Of a DNA stretch of 64,000 nucleotides, positions 1-15,142 are shown piece by piece. The notes below the pieces were generated by a model. That model was not told the origin of the DNA, did no database searches, and worked only from the letters and a program-made list of their open reading frames with translations. The stretch covers positions 15,624,001-15,688,000 of the forward strand of contig JBHGNT010000004.1 in the NCBI GenBank assembly GCA_043228905.1. The letters run 5' to 3'. A program made the position numbers and the translations under genes. This DNA is from Azolla caroliniana (lineage: Eukaryota > Plantae > Polypodiophyta). Position 1 is the first letter of the stretch, and each line of letters begins with the position of its first letter.

Positions 1-1659
<1,659 letters not shown>

Positions 1660-4530
1660 TCAATCACTGCCCACATCTTAGATTTTGGACACAGTGAGAT
1701 GAACATAAGAAAAAGAAGAAATGAGAGACTCTTTACCTTGTTTCCTCTTCTTCTCCTTCATGAGTTTCGTGCTTCTTCTTCCTCATCACTATGGCTATGG
1801 CTGGGTATAAGAAAGAGTTGTGTCAAACTCTTAGCTCTTAACTGCACATGGTGTGTGTGGTTTATTGATTGCTTAACTATGGTTTGGGTTTATGAAAGTG
1901 TTGTGTATGATATAGTTTAACCATGGCTGGATTGTATGTTTGGTTCAATTCACGAGCAAGGCCGAGGCTTACTCAAACTCATCGATACATGGCTTTGTTT
2001 ATGAAATCTTACTCACTTCCTAACTCTGGTTTGGTTCATGAAACGTTAAATTGATCCCTAATCATCATGGTTGAGTGTAATCAAGGATTAAATGAACTCT
2101 TAAGTGTGGTTGGTTTTATTCTTACAACACTAGGCTTCTTTCAAGTCCATGTCGATGATACATCCATTTTTGGTACTTTGTGATGAGCATGTTTAGATCT
2201 GGCCAAGTTCAAGGAAGGTTAATTGCCCCATTCCTAACTAACATTGGTTCATGAAGAGTTATGTCACTCACTGCAATGGTGTATCCATGAAGGGTTGATC
2301 ATGTTCATCTAGAGTCATGAAGTGTTAACTCCTCGACTCCTAACTAATTATGGTTCATGAAGAGTTGTATTTATCACCCGTTGTGATGGTGTATTCATGA
2401 AGGGTTGGTCACGCTTATCTACAATCATGAGGTGTTAAATTAACTATTCTTAGGTAGTTTTGAATTTGATTACTCATTAAACCATCACCCCCTTCTACAT
2501 AGTTACAAGTCCTTGAGCCTCAATTACAAGAATAGTATCAAATTACAAAGGAACCTTAGAAAGGCTACATGGAGAGCATTGGTTTAATGGGTTGGCTTAG
2601 AAGTTTTACAAAGGAAACGATGACTACCTTGTTATAGATATTCCTTAATTGATTTATTTCCTTCCCTTTTGTGGTGATCATGACATCACTAGGTTTAGTA
2701 TTAAGCCTTTGTGCCATTAGCAATGCCATAAATATTCTCTATTTCATGGAAGTTTAAGAATCATGTGGTTATGTTGCTAAAAGATTTAGAGTAGACCAAG
2801 TTGTGAATGCTTTTTAACATCTCTAGGTTGACAACTTCGTTATCATCATCTTTTATAGAAACCTATCATTTTTTGTGATATACTTAATGTCTCTCGTTTT
2901 ACAGCTCTTGGTTGGCAACTTCTTTAGGATCATCTCTTTTAAGCACTCAAAAGTATTTTGTGGTATATTGCTTGTCTCCACCAAGGCTAAATGGGATTCA
3001 TAATCAATGAAGGTTACATATTGGAATTTGGCATTCATATCTAATGGTTAAATGACACAAATCAAGGAAACAAAACACTAGAAGAACAAGACATTATAAG
3101 ATAAAAATGACCTTATATGTGGCTCTTTCCATAGATATAAAAGAGACTTCGATAAACACCTTCGTTCACTTTGATTAATCGTCACAAGATGATTACAAGA
3201 TACTTAATTCGAGAAGAATAACATTGAATTTGTGCAAAAGGGTTGTTTATTATAGCGATGACAAACACTCAAGGGAGTTTGAGCATTCATTCTTCAATGT
3301 AAAACACTTCATACGAGAAGAATCTTCCATATTGGCTATTGGTGTAGAGATAAGAAAGAGAAGCATATAAAAAAGTTGAGGAGAATAGGTTTTTGTTTGG
3401 AAAATCAATACAAGTGGTTGCTATGGACCTCTAGCTTGCTTGTTAGATTGCTATGTAGACCTTTCTAACGTGAAAAAAGTATTTGTGAAACAAATTTGTA
3501 CCATTATTTACATAATGGTCTTTTTTAGAATCATGGATGCTTTACTTTGCCTTGCAACCATCCCAAATCAAGATATCTTATTGCTTCTTAAAAGACACCG
3601 AAGGGGTGTTCGTGATTTTTTTGGTTCCTTGCTACTATGTTTCATGGCCATGTCCAAAAATCTCATAACAAAAAAAGCCATCTTACATTCTAATTTTCTT
3701 TCTAATGGTGCAAATAATGTTATGCACACATAATGCAAGTGTGGGTAAGTTCCTAATATTTACAAAACATAAGTGAAGGATACATTCACTAATTTTAAAA
3801 AGGGACTAATGTGATTGGATAGAGGGAATGACAAACGCATGCACTATCCTAATATTGACAACCAAATAATGGCGTTTTTGAGAAAAGCACATCTACTCAA
3901 CAAGCCCAAGCAAAAGTATCAATAATATGAAGCCTAGCTACCTACATAAGACACATTATATTAGAAGGTTAGAGTTGCCATCAGACACCAACGGTACATG
4001 TTAGGCTTTTATGGCTGTGATCGGCTTACCTCTTCCAAGGCACTAGCCATGCTAATATTCGTCAATATAGAATGTAAGGGGTAGGTTGGTGCTTGATCAT
4101 TGCTTCGGGGTAGTTTTGAGGATCGAGTTATTTCTATCCAATTTGTTCACCTTTCATTTACTTTTATTAGGGTTATTGATTAATAAGAAATTCTTAACAA
4201 ATATTTCCCTCAATTCTCCGAATAGGCAAATATTTAAGCAAAGAAAGAGTGAATCCCATGTGCTATTTTAACCAAGCCCAATCAAAATGTTTAATACATG
4301 TTAACCTTTTAATCCAATATTGAGAAACAGTATCATATTTGCATAATTTACGAAAAGCTATGCGCTTTTGCAATGACCAAGGTAATTGATTCAAGCATTC
4401 AAATAGTAGTAGTAGCATCTGTAAGATCAATACATTTCCAAAAAAAAACATTCGCTTGCGTGTTAGCAAGTATCAAAGTTGATGATATGTACTAACAGCT
4501 GGGATTATGAATTATTCATTAAATAATTAT

Positions 4531-6639
4531 CTACGCAGCAGATTGAAGGCCAATAACACCTGTGCAAATGAAGACATAAGCATCAAGTTCACATATATGA
4601 TGGTTTAACATAATCATCAAGTTCTTCTACTTAAGTACTCACCACATGCAAGCCGACCGCCTGCATTTCCAGTAATTTTGCTCAATTCATGGCCGCCTAC
4701 AACGACCAATATCATTTCAATGTGAGCACAATTATAGTTTTGACATTTGTATCACACATAATGATGAATATACATATGTTGAGCATTGATCACATATTAT
4801 GATGAATCTTTCCTTTCCATACATATTGTTTAGGTTTCATTATTCATATCGTTAAAAATCATTTCTCTACGAGAAGTTAGTAGCTTGCAAAACACAATTA
4901 TCAAAATAGAGGGAACAAAAAGTATGCATGACGAAACTGTGCAATATAATGTTAGGGATCGAACCTTTGCCAAGGTCATCAGGGTCAGCGTGAACGACAA
5001 CAGCTCGACCGATGATAGAATTGACTCCTAACAAAGGAATCTGAGGAGACATCCATAACCAACCATTCTATTAATTATGCAAGTTACACAAGCAAATTCT
5101 TCTAATCATATCATTTTTAACTTCTTTAGAGCACAATATATGATACATAAATACAAGCATAGTAAACCTTACATAATACATATAAATATAGTTAACATAT
5201 AAAAGCAAATAAATAGTACCTGAGCATCTCTGATTGAAATCTCAGCAATCCCTATGCATACATAGAAAATCCCAGAAAAAAAATGAAAATAATTTAGCTA
5301 GCTATTATTTTACTCTTGAATGAATTCTCAATAATGATCGTTAAATTCATATAGATTTTAATCTATTTTATGATATAAATCCTTTCAGTGTAGGAAATGT
5401 ATAACCTCCCCCCATTGTTAGAGATATACAACGCAAATAGCACCACTTCTAGACACAGAAATAATTGTAGATTTTTCCCATTAAGCATTAATAATTCTAG
5501 TTTTTTTGTAATTAGCACTAATATATCTATTTTTGCATGCTAGCAAGAATTTACCATCTTCTCTAGCAATAACATTTCCGAGATCTCCAGCGTGCCTCTC
5601 ATCATCCTCTGGTGCTCCATGTGCTTTACCATTAGGATTGAAATGCCCACCTATCAAACCAATTCATAGTCTGAATAAAGATATGAAAAGACAGCGAAGA
5701 GCAACAACAAATCTCAAATAAAATCATGCAAAAAAAGGCCAACAGTTTTGAAGTATCTCCCTATCAAAATTGATTCATAGAGAGTTGACTATACATAAAA
5801 ATCGCAATCTTGAACACAGAGAAACTATGTATTAATTCCTTTAAAAAGTGACTTACCTGTGGAAAGACAACCATTAGTTGTGTCCCCAAGAGTATGGATA
5901 TGGAATCCATGGCGACCGGGTTGTAATCCGGATAACTTCCCTTGAACAGTTGTCACACCTGCTTGAAGATGATGAAGTTGTTCTCTACAAACCGCTATTA
6001 TGTTTCAACACTCAAAGACTAGGATTTATATCGCATTTACACAAACAATATCCACACACACTAGGATTTATATAGCGTTTAGACTGAAAGTCTATTTGAG
6101 CAATATCACAAACTCATTCTCGCAAGAGTTATCATTGTATTGATAGATTAGCGCATATCCATGTCACACCACATCACTGCTCGGATAATCCAAGCAATTG
6201 TCTTTATTCCTATGTTTCTTCTTTGAGTTACAAACATGTTCCATAAACATCAAAGAATGATCAATGCTTGAGAAACACTGATATTTTGGTTAAAAGAAAG
6301 CGTTAATATTGGCCCCTCCGAGTGATGAGATTCCTCTCTCTGGCAGATTCTTCTAGGATACAATCACAAGTCTCATCACTGAGGTACAGTATTAAAATCG
6401 ATCAAATAGGATGTATGGATTGCTCACGGGTATTATGGGCAATACGGAAAACCAGAAGGTACTTTCTAGAGTGAATCGAATGCATGTATGTATGTAATAG
6501 GTGGTCCATATCCGAGATGGCAGAGATTTGAACACAGAAATGAATAGGGAGAGATGTGACCTGAGTTTTCCTGGATGAAATGGATGACGCCAGAGACATT
6601 GGTAGAGCCAGAGAGGACAGCGACGGCCTTAATCGTCAT
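4531..6639 (-). CDS. CSD: Cu/Zn superoxide dismutase (cytosolic/peroxisomal type), 7 exons
   Basis: ATG at 6639 ([12 protein letters not shown]). Exons ~6561-6639, 5857-5958 ([19 protein letters not shown]), 5555-5650 ([20 protein letters not shown]), 5220-5251, 4965-5040 ([19 protein letters not shown]), 4644-4697 ([10 protein letters not shown]), 4531-4559 (VIGLQSAA*). The metal-ligand His/Asp residues are present. Confidence 0.96.
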
Positions 6640-6759
6640 GATCGATGGAATTGTATATCATTCATTCATTCATTCAGTCATAGACGTGGTAATGGTAGAA
6701 GCCTGAAGGCAGGCGAGCAGAAAGGAGGTGAGGAAAAGAGTACATACATATACTGTATA

Positions 6760-6760
6760 C

Positions 6761-6791
<31 letters not shown>

Positions 6792-6889
6792 TTTGATAAG
6801 AGTTATCTATCCTTCCGGAACCTTCTCCTCTCCCTCTCTTCTTTCTGTGTATGTATGTGATAATATATGTATGTACATACATACATACA

Positions 6890-6920
<31 letters not shown>
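6760..6920. repeat. Inverted tetranucleotide microsatellites (TATG)n ... (CATA)n upstream of the SOD start codon
   Basis: (TATG)n at ~6763-6792 and (CATA)n at ~6876-6918 flank a CT-rich tract. Confidence 0.9.
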
Positions 6921-7677
6921 GATATGGTCTTCCTTTGCTTGTGCCTATCCCTTACCAAATCATAAAGAGGCGTGGCGAGGGAATCGTGGCCACGGACGGT
7001 GTAGGGCGTTTAGCTGATTGGGCGTGCAATCTGCACCGTCTGATCCTTATCCAAAACAAGTGCGTCGGTCAAAAAGCTGTCACCACACGCCCGACTTTCA
7101 CACCAATTTGTTGCTTCCGACTTATGGATCTTGTGCGTTCTTTATTGGTTGATTTCGGTGCAACTAAACCATACACCTTTTGTGATAGATCTTCCAATGT
7201 TTGTATACAATCCTCAATAACATCTTGGTCGAAGGGTCCTAAAACTTGCTTGAGCCATTAAATAGCTTCCTCCTTCGTTTGTATCTAGACTTCCATGATT
7301 CCATGTTAGATGTTTTAGGGTTTTTCTCCATGGTTGGTTCTGTCTTTGTCTCCACTTCTGTTTCTATGATATCATCCATTTGCATTTGGGCCGCATGATC
7401 TATAAATGGTAACGACCCACTTAGGGATTGTATGTGCCCCTCAGGACATTAGGAGCATTGGAGCAAGAGATTATATCATAGAGTGGGAGTCATCATGCTC
7501 AATACTCTAAACCAATATGGGGCCTCATTCACGATATGCATTGGGTTGGTATGAGTCACATACCTTTCCAGTATCCTCTCGGTCTCTTTAAGTCTTGACC
7601 TTTGATCCCTACAATTGGCACGGGGTGCGTATCAACCACTCTCACATATTTCTTGTCGTTGCATGGACCATTCTATG

Positions 7678-8035
7678 TGTTGGGATAACTGCTCCCTTCG
7701 GATGGGATGAGCTGGAGATCTAGGTCAGCTGAGAGCCGAATTGGATGCCGATCGGCTGAGAGCCAAATGCCGATTAGATCGTATTTGATTAGAGGCTACA
7801 TTTGTAAATAGCCCATATTGTGTATAGAGTATAAATACACTCATTGGGGCAAATCATTATGATGATGATGAGAGATTATCTGAGGGTAATCATTGTATGT
7901 ACAATGAGTGAGAGAGTGTCGTAACCGTCTGTTCTCTCTACTTAGTGATTCTGTTTCGGAGTCTTGTGGGCTCCTGTGGTTTTCCCCATTTAGGGTTTTC
8001 CACGTCAATATCTCGTGTCTGTCATGAAGACATAC
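7678..8035 (+). mobile_element. Degenerate copia-family LTR fragment
   Basis: Starts TGTTGGGATAA..CCCTTCGGATGGGA. Shares TGTAAATAGC..TATAAATA..GGGCAAA with the LTRs at 14447 and 46188, and GGGTTTTCCACGT with the 14447 LTR. Confidence 0.55.
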
Positions 8036-8125
8036 ATTTTGGCTTACAAGGGTTCGAACCCACAACCCCTTTGTATTATATATGTCAAACCTTTGAGCAT
8101 TATGATAACATACATGATGTATAGT

Positions 8126-8537
8126 TGTAATAACTAGATTATTAATTATTGGAAGAAATTTAGCGTATTCTAAAACATTCTAGAATATTCAGTGATTATC
8201 TTAAATATCATAAATATCTAACATACTCTAGAACATTCTAGAATATTCAGTGATTATCTTAAATATCATAAATATCTAAAATATTCTAGAACATTCTAGA
8301 ATACTCCATAAGAACCTATAAATAAGTGTTTACTCATTCATCAGAACTCATTTGGTTCAACACCAGTCTTTAGCCCTTAGCCTACTCTTTATAAACTCAT
8401 TTCCATAAATATAAACACATTTCCATTTCCTGTCCTATTTCTGTCTCTCTCTACCTTCTACCTTCATATTTTCTACCCTCTTTTTTGTGGTAAAAGCACA
8501 CAATTATATTAATTGTATGTAAAATCCACTTAGTTAC
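8126..8537 (+). mobile_element. Solo LTR related to the LTRs of the 20873-25126 gypsy element
   Basis: TGTAA...TTACA ends. CCTATAAATA is followed by TTTGGTTCAACACCAGTCTTTAGCC, matching TTGGTTCAACGCCAGTCTTAAGCC in that element. Contains an internal ~59-bp tandem duplication. TSD unclear. Confidence 0.55.
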
Positions 8538-9881
8538 AACACTTCTTAGTCTCCTCTCCTCTGTGATAGCCGACATTTCCAGCCGAATTGGCATTCGTGT
8601 AGCCGACCAACTCTTCGGCAACTCTGGTCCGATATAGCATCGCCCTATCCTTCGTGCCACTTACATATCACATGATTTTGTGTGCGCATTGAAGGTGTTT
8701 GATAGTCGGCCGTGACATGAATTGACTGATCAATCCGACCGGATAACTCAGGTCCGATCGGGTGATGGTCAAGGATATGAGGCTTCCGACAATTTGCTCG
8801 AACCATGTCATGTCACATACTGCTCCCGATCCTGAACGAAGCTTCATGTTTCGGTCTAGAGGAGTCGAGAAGGATGTTAACCTACCGACAACTGTAGCCG
8901 ATAGACATAATAGGTCGAACGTTCGACTCCGAACGTTTGGTCAAGAAGATTGTGGTGGAAAGATGGGTTGGTCGACACTAGTTCTACACCTAGAAAATAA
9001 GTGTTTAAAGAGTAGTTATTACGGTTAAACATACACTTCTGATCGACTATTAGATATAATATAATCTATGCACTAGAGGTTGAATTCGAACATATGACAC
9101 TACGATAGATAGAACAATACATAGAGTAGTCGACACAACATATACTCTAGCTACCAAAACTTATATTAATCAAAATAGACCGATACCAATACAATGCTCT
9201 CGGTCCCTTTTTATAGGTGACTCGAGAGTCTCTCTCCAAGATTTACACTTGCCTTGTTTGGCAAGAACCTACAGTTATACAAAACCATTCTATTTCCTTA
9301 TATTACTCTAATTTTTATACTTGGAAAAATTATATTTCAAACTATATTTAAATTTTTTCCTTTCGTATTCAAAGGACTTCAAACAATTGTTCATACTCTT
9401 TGACTTCGACTATGACGCAGACTCTTTTTCACATTTGTCTGACTCGAACCATTCGATTATGGGTAGCCAACCGACTAACACATGGCACGCCCGTGGGACA
9501 GTGCCTTGCATGGTCGAACCCCGCATTTTACTCCTGGTCGACTTCCTCATCATTGTCGGCAATTTGTTCCTCCTCAGCCGGGACATTGTTGTCGATGTTG
9601 CTTGCCTTCTCATTTAGTATGTCAAAAAGTGACGGCTCCTCTTTTGCTTGAACTACAGTGTTAGTTAGATTCAACTGATCTTCCGTGTGAAGCTCCGCCT
9701 CCAGCTGCAACGTCGATTCAGCATCAACCTCCTCCTGCTCGGTTTCTTTGCCTTCTTCATCGTTAATTGGTACTGTTTGGCCAGATTCTTCATCCTCCTA
9801 AGTCGGTTCATTGTCACCGTCTACCGTCAATTCTCCTGTTTGCTGACGATGTTCCTTCTCATAGGCATCGAGCTACACCAT

Positions 9882-11653
9882 TGTCGTGATGTTTCTAACA
9901 CATAGTGTGAAACCACCCTCGAAAAGAAGCAAAATAGTAGTTTAAATAAACTAGTATTGTGAAGTCAACTTTATTGGTAGCAAAAATACTTTTTCATTTT
10001 GCCAAAGATAATTCCTTATCAATAAAAGGTCAAAGGATTGAACCTTGCAATAAATAATGATGAATATTAAGTTAGAAGCGGTTTTCAAAAGTAGACAAAA
10101 GTAGAGAAAAAGATGGAGATAAAAGAAGAAGCATGCGTGGATATGAGCAGCATAGTAGAGAAAAAAGCTCATAATTTCCTCGTCAGATGTCCAAATTAGA
10201 AAAGAAAACATGAAAAGCTAACCCAAAGAGCTTTCCAAGAATATCTTGCATGTGAAATTTGGGGCTAGAAAATAGAAATAGTGAGGAAAAGAAAAGTCGA
10301 CTCATATAGACAAGGTTTTTTTAGGGGAAAAAGGCAAGCAATCCTAAACCTATAAATAAGAGCCTATTCTAGTGAAGAGGAGGGGGGAGGGAGAAGGAAC
10401 GCGGAAGCTCTACTCAATTTGAAGGAAAAAGAAGAAGGATCAACAACATCGAGAGGCATCATCAACAAAGAATCACCTTCTTCTATATTCCACTCTCTTC
10501 TTTCCTCCACCTCTCTTCCCTCTTCCTTTATAAATTATCTCTCATATTCATATCAAACCCGTTGTAAAATTGATTCTTATTTTATAAAAGAATCTATTAT
10601 ATTGTAATAAACTAATGTTTGGTTTCACCTACGTGTCTTATATGTTATCGTCATTTGTGCTTATTTGTTTGTGTGTCTTGTGACAAGGGAGTATTTCGGG
10701 CTTGCCCATGCACCTCTCCTTTCACAAAGGCATTCAAACTTACGTATCTTATATGATATTGTCATTTGTGCTTATTTGTTTGTGTGTCTTGTGACAAGGG
10801 AGCGTTTCGGGCTTGCCCATGCACCACTCCTTTCACAAAGGCATTCAAACTTATATCTTATATGTTATTGTCATTTGTGCTTATTTGTTTGTGTGACTTG
10901 TGACAAGGGAGCGTTTCGGGCTTGCCCATGCACCTCTCCTTTCACAAAGGCATTCAAACTTACGTGTCTTATATGTTATTGTCATTTGTGCTTATTTGTT
11001 TGTGTGACTTGTGACAAGGGAGCGTTTTGGGCTTGCCCATGCACCTCTCCTTTCACAAAGGCATTCAAACTTTCGTGTCTTACATGTTAGTGTAAATCTT
11101 GCTTCTGTGTACGTGTGACTTGTGGCAAGGGAGCATTCAGGCTTGCCCATGCACCTCTCCTTCCACAAAGGCGTTCGAAATTGTGTCTCCCGTGTGTAAA
11201 CCTCGCTTGTGTGTTCACGTGTCTTGTAACAAGGGAGCGTTCGGGCTTGCCCATGCACCTCTCTTTTCACAAAGGCATTCGAAACTCTGTCTCTCGTGTG
11301 TGTAAGTAAGCCTTTTCCTTGTGTGTTCGCGTGTCTTGTAACAAGGGAGAGTTCGGGCTTGCCCATGCACCTCTCTTTTCACAAAGGCATTTGAAACTTT
11401 GTCTCTCGTGTGTGTAAGTAAGCCTTTTCCTCGTGTGTCTGTGTGTAAACCTTCCTCACGTGCATTCGTTCGCCTTGTGACTAGGGGTTGATTCGGGCTT
11501 GCCCATGCACCTCTCCTTTTCACAAACACATTCGAATACTCGTGCCTTGTTTGTGTAAGCCTTCCTTATGTTGTGCGTGTGAACCCTATTTCCTTGTGTT
11601 TGTGTTGGTGGTTCCGCCTCACAATCCGCACATAGTGATGGATTTTCACGACA
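9882..11653 (+). mobile_element. Large solo LTR, relative of the 12802-18880 LTR family, with an internal tandem array
   Basis: Termini TGTCGTGA...TTCACGACA. Its 3' end GGTGGTTCCGCCTCACAATCCGCAC matches 13586 and 18419. TATA near 10351. Near-TSD CCAT/CCGT. Confidence 0.7.
10630..11535 (+). repeat. ~110-bp tandem repeat, about 8 copies, inside the solo LTR
   Basis: Core GCTTGCCCATGCACC(T/A)CTC recurs near 10700, 10811, 10920, 11031, 11141, 11246, 11357 and 11498. Confidence 0.92.
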
Positions 11654-12008
11654 CCGTCGTGGCCATCTGATGGTCGTGATATTCTTCCATAAGTTGAATG
11701 ATTTCCTCCCTATGGCATGTTGACCGCTCGTATATGTTATTAGTGAGCTCTTCCTGCACTATGGCGATATCAACTTCCTCCATTTTGAAGAGGCCTTGAC
11801 CCTGCTTCTTTCGGTTTTCATAGTCGGCTCATAACAACTGTTGTAATTCGGCTGCTTGGGCCGATGTGGAAATCCACGCCTGCGGGTCGGTTGAACGGGA
11901 CCATGGGGGTACCGGGGAGGATGAATCAGGTGACTTGTGCTTGTAAGGAATCGGCCGTTTAGGTTTATAGTCGAGTCGTTCTTTGTTGTCGAAGACACTT
12001 GTGCGGGT

Positions 12009-12013
<5 letters not shown>

Positions 12014-12070
<57 letters not shown>
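12014..12070. repeat. (GA)n microsatellite
   Basis: About 28 GA units, followed by a 51-bp tandem duplication at ~12079-12182. Confidence 0.95.
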
Positions 12071-12073
<3 letters not shown>

Positions 12074-14052
12074 AGAAAGTATTTACCGCACCTCAAAGAT
12101 GTCGAGAAGCACGTAACACACATGCCAAACGTATTTACTGCACCTCAAAGATGTCGAGAAGCACGTAACACACATGCCAAACATCGCGATGTGCGCATCA
12201 AACGTCGTAGACCAATACCCAATCTCCTTCTTCCAACTTCTTGGGATGCAGTCGATGTGTCTTGTTGAATCGAATCTTTTTCTTCACTCGGGCTGTCTCT
12301 ATTATCTTTCGCGCGTTCTCTAGATCTTCGGGTCTTCTTTCAAGCTTCCTTATCCGCGCCGTCAATAATTCTTCCTAGCTCATCTCGTTCTCCCATGGTA
12401 TTGCTAGCCATGAGGCGATATTCCTCTCGATGGGCATTACTGGTTTCTGTCCATACATGAGCTCTGCCGACATATAGCTTGTCACAGAACTGTGCGTAGT
12501 TTTATTGGCCCACAATGCATAGTGCAATATTCACGGCCAGTTCCCAACTCGAGTGTCGCATGCTCCTACGATGGCTTTGACTATCGGCCCATGCCCTCAC
12601 TCGATCTTCCCATTTGCTTTCAGATTGTAGGCAGTTGTGAGGGAGAGCTTCACACTTAGTCGCTTGAAGAGCTCCATTGCTACGTGCACATCCAACTCCC
12701 CTCGGTTGGCCACTATCTTTCCCACACATCTGTATTGGCAGACGACCGCTTCGAGCAAAAATTTGCAAATGGTTGCCGTTGTCTTATTTGCTAAGGCCCG
12801 TTGTTGTGAAGATTTTCGGCAATGGTGTGAAAATTGAATGGAATGTACAAAATCGAGTGTGGTTCTTCACACACAACATAAAACAACAGTAGTGAAGATA
12901 CTATTTTATACTAGTTTAATATCTTGGTTTTGGCTGGACAGAGCCGGAGAGACGGCGACCAGACGGAGATAGCAACCGACGCCCGAGACTGGGACCGGAT
13001 AGCGACAGATCGGATCGGATCGGGATCGGATTGAACCGGTCGGGACAGACGGATCGGTCAGTTGATCGCGGTGCATGATGTTTTTGAAGATTTTCGGTGT
13101 AAATACAAGACCAAAAGCCTAGTAGTATTTTGTGTTTTAAAAGGGATGTGAGCAAGGCTTGAAACTTGCACCTCCAAGGTAGGAAGCAATATACTTACCA
13201 CTAAGCCAAGTCATTTCCTTAGAAGTTATATTCTTATCATTATACTTTTACATGGAAATTCTTATACATGAGAGCTTAGATGATGACATGGCAAGCATGC
13301 ATTGCATGCATTACGTGCATGTCTTGCACCCTCACATGCACCATATGCATGGGGGCATCTATAAAAGAGTGGAGGAATCAAGCCAATGAAACGAATGAAA
13401 AATTTGGGAAAAATAAGAAACTTGTAATCCTATTGTTGATGTATCTTCTCTCTTAAATCTAAAAGTTAAAAGTTCAATCTTTATCCCAATATCTCTCTTT
13501 TTTCATATCAATCTCTCTCAATCTATCTTAAATACTTTCTCGCTAAAGTTACCGCAAACATTGAATCTTTCCGGTCCAGGACCCCGGTGGTTCCGCCTCA
13601 CGATCCGCACGTAGTGACAGATCTTCAAGACATAATTAAGTGGTGAGCCCGACGTGAAGAGCGGTAGGGGAGGATGAAGATGAACGAGGAATATGTCATG
13701 AAGGAAATGTCAGAGATGATGATGGAATTTTCGAGAGAAGGGAAAAGACGAGGTGCGGCCCAACAAGTCGTCGAAAGCGTGGTCGAGCAAGTCAGATGTT
13801 TCAACGGGGGCTCAATATGTGATATCATTATCATTACCATCAATATAATCTTCTTCTTAATATTCTTCTTGAAATCTATCTTCTTCTCAAGTGTTAAATA
13901 TTTGATCTTCTCAAGTGTGACATTAGTTTCCTCGATTCCTACATACACATCGTCATCTTTTTGACAATTTCGTGAACGTCCTCCCCGGTCCGAGACCCCA
14001 ATGGTCCCGCTCAAGCGAAGCACGCACGCACGCGCATCTTTGCGACATCTTT

Positions 14053-14070
14053 TGGTGAACCCGACGTGAA
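14053..14070 (+). promoter_or_regulatory. Primer-binding site complementary to the tRNA-Trp 3' end
   Basis: TGGTGAACCCGACGTGAA is the reverse complement of TTCACGTCGGGTTCACCA, the plant tRNA-Trp 3' end, and lies just after the LTR. Confidence 0.85.
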
Positions 14071-14446
14071 CGAGGCGGTAGGGATCAAGTCGAGGATCAA
14101 CCAATACCTGGAGATGGTATCCTCAAGTAGTCAAGCGGGAGAGTTCGAAAGGATGATCCTAATCGTTGAACAAATGATGAGATCTCGGGACAATGATGCG
14201 AGCGTGGAGAAGGCTGTTGACCGTGTCGTTGAGCTCAAGGGTCAATTTGACGGAAAGAACATTACGAAGTTCCTTGATGCATACAGAAGGGACATGAATC
14301 AGAGGGACATGTTTGAAGCGCGTCAAATTACAAGTTTCAAGAGAGTGGTCGCGTCATCGAGCTTCAAGAAGGGAAGACAACGTGGTCGGAGTTCGAGAAA
14401 GCAATATTAGCAGAGTTCGCAACGGAAGATTTGTCGAGGATGATTC

Positions 14447-15142
14447 TGTTAGGAAACAGGTCCCTCCAGATGGGAAGTGAGAAGAATAGTACTGATGCCG
14501 AGGCCAATAGGCCTCGGCCGAAACCGGATGAGGAGTACCCGACTACGGAAGACCCGGTGAGAACCGGATGTGGTGTACCCGGCAAGCGCCAGATGAGGAG
14601 TACCCGGCTACGGAAGACCCGGTGTGAACCGGATGAGGAGTACCTAGTAAGAGCCGGATGGTGAAGGCCCGGTGAGAAGTGCTCACCAGATGAAGGGACA
14701 TATTTGTAAATATGTCTCTGAGAGTCCATCGGGGCTATATTTGTAAATAGCCGAAAAGTCATATTAGTATAAATATGACTTAGGGCAAACAGAGAATAGA
14801 GTTGTTGTCATTCTTATTGGCGCAAGATTAGAGCGCGCAACTGTGTACAGAGAGAGTGAGAGAGAGGAAGAGGTTGTTGCCTTTGATTGTAACCGCCGCC
14901 TGTGGCGAAGATAGCAAGCTCGAGGTCCTGGCCTCGATGCTTTCTTATTGTACATTCTGACATAGTGATAGTTCGCGGTCTGTGGGCTGCCGTGGTTTTT
15001 CCCGAGTTTGGGTTTTCCACGTAAACATCCTGTGTACTCTTCTCTCCTTTGTGTCGTGTGTATTCATTCCTGTTTTTCTGTGTTTTATTCTAGGCTCGGT
15101 TGTGGCCGAGCGTTGAGCAAAGGGAGCGTGTAGTTCCTGTCA
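14447..15142 (+). mobile_element. Copia-type solo LTR inserted in the gag of the 12802-18880 element
   Basis: TGTTAGGAAAC...TTCCTGTCA with 5-bp TSD GATTC at 14442-14446 and 15143-15147. Its start resembles the copia 3' LTR at 46188. Confidence 0.88.

Noticed and set aside
2700-3750. Possible decayed coding or TE remnant between TGS1 and SOD
   Set aside because: No recognisable motif could be assigned.
6555-6570. miR398 target-like GTGACCTGAG near SOD exon 1
   Set aside because: Only about 10 nt match, it is antisense to the mRNA, and it coincides with the splice donor.
6580-7017. ORFs with YVCM/HTYI repeats, and the ER-repeat ORFs at ~12 kb
   Set aside because: They are translations of microsatellites.
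10665-11529. Cys-rich repeat ORFs
   Set aside because: They are by-products of the 110-bp LTR tandem array, open in several frames and on both strands.
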